Part shown: positions 60,714 to 64,000 of the stretch, one piece after another
Layout of the letters: each line of letters opens with the position of its first letter
Numbering within the stretch: the first letter of the stretch is position 1
Assembly: GCA_963815095.1 (NCBI GenBank)
Contig: CAWFFH010000004.1
Coordinates: forward strand, 32,001-96,000
Origin: Candidatus Bathyarchaeota archaeon
GTDB taxonomy: Archaea > Thermoproteota > Bathyarchaeia > Bathyarchaeales > Bathycorpusculaceae
Length of the DNA stretch: 64,000 bases
Direction of reading: 5' to 3'
Program-made: the position numbers and the translations under genes
The notes under the pieces: model-generated
What the model saw: the letters and a program-made list of their open reading frames with translations, nothing else
What the model was told of the DNA's origin: nothing
Databases searched by the model: none

Positions 60714-61266
60714 TTGGACGCAGAGAATTCAACGACTATTCATAATTGCGCTCTTCGGATCCATAATCTTCGTCACCAACGTGTTTTTGCCGCCCCCACT
60801 AAACTATCTAATCATCGTCGTCCAAGCAGTCCTACTCGCTTTAAGCGGATTATTCATTCCAAAAGTAGGAGCCATGTATGTGGGCGCGGTGGGAGGTCTC
60901 TTAACGGCGCTGGTTAGCCCAGCTTTGGGTCCATTCACGTTCTTCTTCGCATTCCTCTTCGGCGTGTTCGTGGACGTATTCCTGTTCATTTTCAAAATCA
61001 AGGCTTCGCACCAAGGAGTAAACCGCAACCGACTGATAGCGGCAATGGCCCTGGCCACCCTGCTCATTGCCATTTCAAGCTACTCCGCATTCGCCATTTT
61101 CCCAGCCTACATCAAAGCGCAGGGGTTCTCGATTGTTAGTTTGTTTGTTCAAAGAAGCACAATGCTTGACGTGCTAGTGTTGTTTATGGGTCCAGCGACG
61201 GGTGCTGTGGCGGGTTACGCCTCTGCGTACCTTTGGAATAAGTATCTTCGTCACGTTAATGTCTAA
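60714..61266 (+). CDS. ECF-transporter S-component-like membrane protein (indel near 60720)
   Basis: MDA/RIQRLFIIALFGSIIFV...; 5-6 TM segments. Confidence 0.55.
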
Positions 61267-61541
61267 AGCGGCAGTTCTTTGATTTTCTGGTCAACGAGTT
61301 TGGCAATAATCAAATTAGAAATAAACACGCATTTGACTCCTAATAATTCGGCGAGTTCAGCGGGTTTCTGGTCCTGAGTCACCAAAATCAGATTGTTTTT
61401 GCCAGCGTATTCGACGACGTCGCGGTCTTTAGCACTCTTCAAACCTGTTTCTTGAGCTGTTAAAACCTCGTAACCTAATGTTTCCAAATATTCTTTCAAG
61501 CCGGCGTACATTTCGTCAAGAAGAATCTTCATGCTTTCCAA
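61263..61541 (-). CDS. DUF5615 PIN-like protein
   Basis: ILLDEM...DRDV...ILVTQD. Confidence 0.75.
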   Translation of the reverse strand: MESMKILLDEMYAGLKEYLETLGYEVLTAQETGLKSAKDRDVVEYAGKNNLILVTQDQKPAELAELLGVKCVFISNLIIAKLVDQKIKELPL

Positions 61542-61588
61542 GTTGTGCAGCTAAATTATTTAGCTTTTACCTATTTTGAAAAAATTTC

Positions 61589-62224
61589 TTAGTCGATTAG
61601 GAGTATTGCGAATGATTCTGGGTTTTTGGCGAAGGGAAAAGTAACTGTAATCCCTGCATTTGCGGCTGTTTTCTTGACGTTGACGCCAATTGCATCTTCG
61701 GACCAGCGTGCCAAGTTGGGGTGTGCACAAATTTTGGTTTCAATGTTGCATTTTTCGCAGAGTTGACAGTGACCGGAAACAAACGATATGGCTAAACTGT
61801 AGCCTTTGTTCATAGCTGCTTTTTCCAAATCCACAACGCTTTGGAGCATTTTGCGTTTGTCATCTTTCCAGTCTTGCCAGAACTTAGCGGCTTTTTCTTT
61901 GATTTCTTTGGAGACAGTTTGGTCGGTTTCGGCAACCATGAGTTTAGATAAAACTTCAGGTTCAGCTTGCGCATTTGAGATGAACTTCATAAACATAGCG
62001 TAACTATATTCAGTGACGATTTTGCGGAATTCCTCTGCACTGGGCGTGTAGGGTGGGCAGGCGAGGGTTTTGCCGTAGTGGTTGCAGCCGACTTTGCATT
62101 TGAGTACTACACGGTCTTCCACGACAACTTTGCTCGTGGGAATTATTTTGGCGTCGGTAGCCCCATTTTCAAGAGCTAGTTTGACTAGAAACTGGAATTT
62201 TTCAGCGCCACTTTCAGATGACAT
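61589..62224 (-). CDS. DUF2284 metal-binding protein
   Basis: KCKVGC...CPP, GHCQLCEKC, GVNV. Confidence 0.8.
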   Translation of the reverse strand: MSSESGAEKFQFLVKLALENGATDAKIIPTSKVVVEDRVVLKCKVGCNHYGKTLACPPYTPSAEEFRKIVTEYSYAMFMKFISNAQAEPEVLSKLMVAETDQTVSKEIKEKAAKFWQDWKDDKRKMLQSVVDLEKAAMNKGYSLAISFVSGHCQLCEKCNIETKICAHPNLARWSEDAIGVNVKKTAANAGITVTFPFAKNPESFAILLID

Positions 62225-62517
62225 TATTTCACTAACCTTCTTGCCCAGTCGTTTTCTTTTGATATAAAGCTTCTTTAGCTAAACGCTGTAACAGCTGATG
62301 GTTTAATTATTTTTGACAAAAGGGATTCTTTGTTTGTGAATGACAAAAATTTGTTCAGAGTTAGTGTATTGATGCATGGGACAGTTAGCAAATCGCAGTA
62401 TAGTAAGCGTAAGAATAATATAGCTAATCCATAAATGATGTTTGCACTGAGGGTGCGGTTGGTATCAAAAGCAAAATCAGTTCTATCGGTTATGTTAATA
62501 AAATCCAAGAAAACATT

Positions 62518-63618
62518 ATGAGTATCCGAAAAAAGGAACTTGCACCCCTCTACGAAGATTTGAAAGCTGCAGATTGCGTTATCTGTGGAGGGTCAGGACG
62601 CTCACTTTATTCACTTAACGCTGCCATGAGCCAGATTGCACTTAGCCAAGCAGGCTGGAGAAATAAAGTTGTTTTAACACCCGACGACCCGGGTTTTCCG
62701 GGCAAAAGCATGTATGACGCTGCAGCCGATCTGGAACGTCGCTACAAAAAAACCTTGCTTCTCATGAATTCAGGCAGCGGCTACAGCGACGACCCACTTG
62801 TCATGGCACAGGACCTAGCAAAGTATATTGAAGAAAAAAAATCGACCCATTTCTCTATGGGACTCTTCACATCAGCACTTTCTTCACCTTTAGCAGATGT
62901 AACCAGCAAATACGGCAATGTAGTTCAACTTAAAGGACGCGGCAAATCCAAACCCGGCACAGAATACGCTGAAACGGGCATGATGGGCGACATCTTCGAA
63001 CTCGGTACCCTTGAACTTTTAAACAGCATGATTGAATCCATCTTCCGAAACCTCGAAGTCGGCGACGTCTTCCGCCTATGCGAAGAAGAATTCGAGAAAG
63101 TCGGCGACATGATAGACAACAACGTTAACTCAGAAACCTACACCCAACTTGTCGATATCATGGAAAAACGAACAAACGTGTTCCTTGGCGGAAAAGGAAC
63201 TGGAAACGAAATCGCAAAGATGACAGGTGTCCGTCTTTTCCACATTAAGAGTTTCCTTGGCGATAACGTTTACATTACAAGAGGGGTCAACACTCCGCAC
63301 CCAAGAGCTGGAGACCTAGAAATTTTGTTGTCATTCTCGGGTGAAACGAGGCCAGTTATCATTTGGGCGGATGTGCTCAAAAAATTCGGCGGAACGGTCT
63401 TCGCGATAACAGGCAACGCAGATTCAACTTTAGCTAAAAAAGCCGACCTCAAAATCATCCTGCCCGAAGAAGTCAAGCCATCCACTCCAAGACGATTCTA
63501 CACCAGAGCAGCCTACGTGCTAAGTCCATTGCCGGTGAAGCTCGCGGAACGTCTCGGCGAGCGAGGACTTAACCTGCCCGAATACATCATCAGCTGGTAC
63601 CACTCCGTTACGCAGTAA
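62518..63618 (+). CDS. Tandem SIS-domain protein (hexulose-phosphate-isomerase-like)
   Basis: GSGRS, SGSG, GDIFE, SFSGET, AITGNADSTLAK. Confidence 0.75.
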   Translation: MSIRKKELAPLYEDLKAADCVICGGSGRSLYSLNAAMSQIALSQAGWRNKVVLTPDDPGFPGKSMYDAAADLERRYKKTLLLMNSGSGYSDDPLVMAQDLAKYIEEKKSTHFSMGLFTSALSSPLADVTSKYGNVVQLKGRGKSKPGTEYAETGMMGDIFELGTLELLNSMIESIFRNLEVGDVFRLCEEEFEKVGDMIDNNVNSETYTQLVDIMEKRTNVFLGGKGTGNEIAKMTGVRLFHIKSFLGDNVYITRGVNTPHPRAGDLEILLSFSGETRPVIIWADVLKKFGGTVFAITGNADSTLAKKADLKIILPEEVKPSTPRRFYTRAAYVLSPLPVKLAERLGERGLNLPEYIISWYHSVTQ

Positions 63619-63622
63619 GAGG

Positions 63623-64000
63623 TTAATTTTTTCCTCTTTTTTCCAACATAACAATCATTGCATCCATTGAACCTTCAACAGAGAAAAGAGGCATTGGTAG
63701 TACTGGTCCTCTTTTGAAGTTGGCATCAGTAAAATACTTGTCGATGGCTTCCTTAGTTATTGGGTTGAATTGGTCATGAGCCGACGAGGTACTTTTCCCT
63801 CTAATTAAAAGTCTGCCCCCGTTTTTTAGAACCCGAAAAACTTCCAAGGCATATCGCGGTCGGTCATTGTCATCAATAAGATGGAACAATCCCCGATCAG
63901 TAACTAAATCAAAATGATGGTTTTGAATAGGTAGCTCCAAAATGCTCCCTCTTACCCAATTAATTTCAACATGAGCTTTTTTGGCTCTTTTTTCAGCGAT
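63623..64000 (-). CDS. Class I SAM-dependent methyltransferase (5' partial)
   Basis: FDLVTDRGLFH...RVLKNGG. Confidence 0.8.
   Translation of the reverse strand: MAEKRAKKAHVEINWVRGSILELPIQNHHFDLVTDRGLFHLIDDNDRPRYALEVFRVLKNGGRLLIRGKSTSSAHDQFNPITKEAIDKYFTDANFKRGPVLPMPLFSVEGSMDAMIVMLEKRGKN

Noticed and set aside
107-63485. Numerous short antisense ORFs in the six-frame track
   Set aside because: Fully nested opposite well-supported genes with no recognisable motifs
1-64000. CRISPR or TIGR-like array
   Set aside because: No regularly spaced repeat series of three or more units seen, and no cas genes

Overview
Archaeal chromosome segment. The gene content (NreA with PIP box, archaeal PurA, GlnA, EndA, MtnA, BRE/TATA promoters) points to TACK archaea, most likely Bathyarchaeia; this is an inference. 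Bases 1-~13,460 are the right part of a tailed-virus provirus. It has a tail module with a lambda-G/GT-type -1 slippery site and a very short tape-measure-like gene, a HEPN moron, an early region and a tyrosine integrase. It ends in two tandem copies of a tRNA(Arg-like) 3' end (attR). The early region holds a lambda-like switch built from small ribbon-helix-helix (RHH)-like proteins and four 17-bp palindromic operators. A homologous divergent pair with a related operator lies in the host backbone next to purA (44.5-45.2 kb). The rest is host backbone with three notable insertions or loci: a 4,374-bp cargo-carrying IS6-like transposon (23-bp TIRs, 8-bp TSD) in the nixA/nikR promoter, an IS110 whose two non-coding ends are complementary at RNA level, and an HTH regulator followed by membrane-protein cassettes sharing a constant 5' module. 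Also present are tRNA-Asp, an mgtA-type pseudogene and an ars cluster that has lost acr3. Single-base indels are scattered through the window (dense in 1-4,020), so some frameshifts may be assembly errors. All family assignments come from motifs read by eye; no database search was run.
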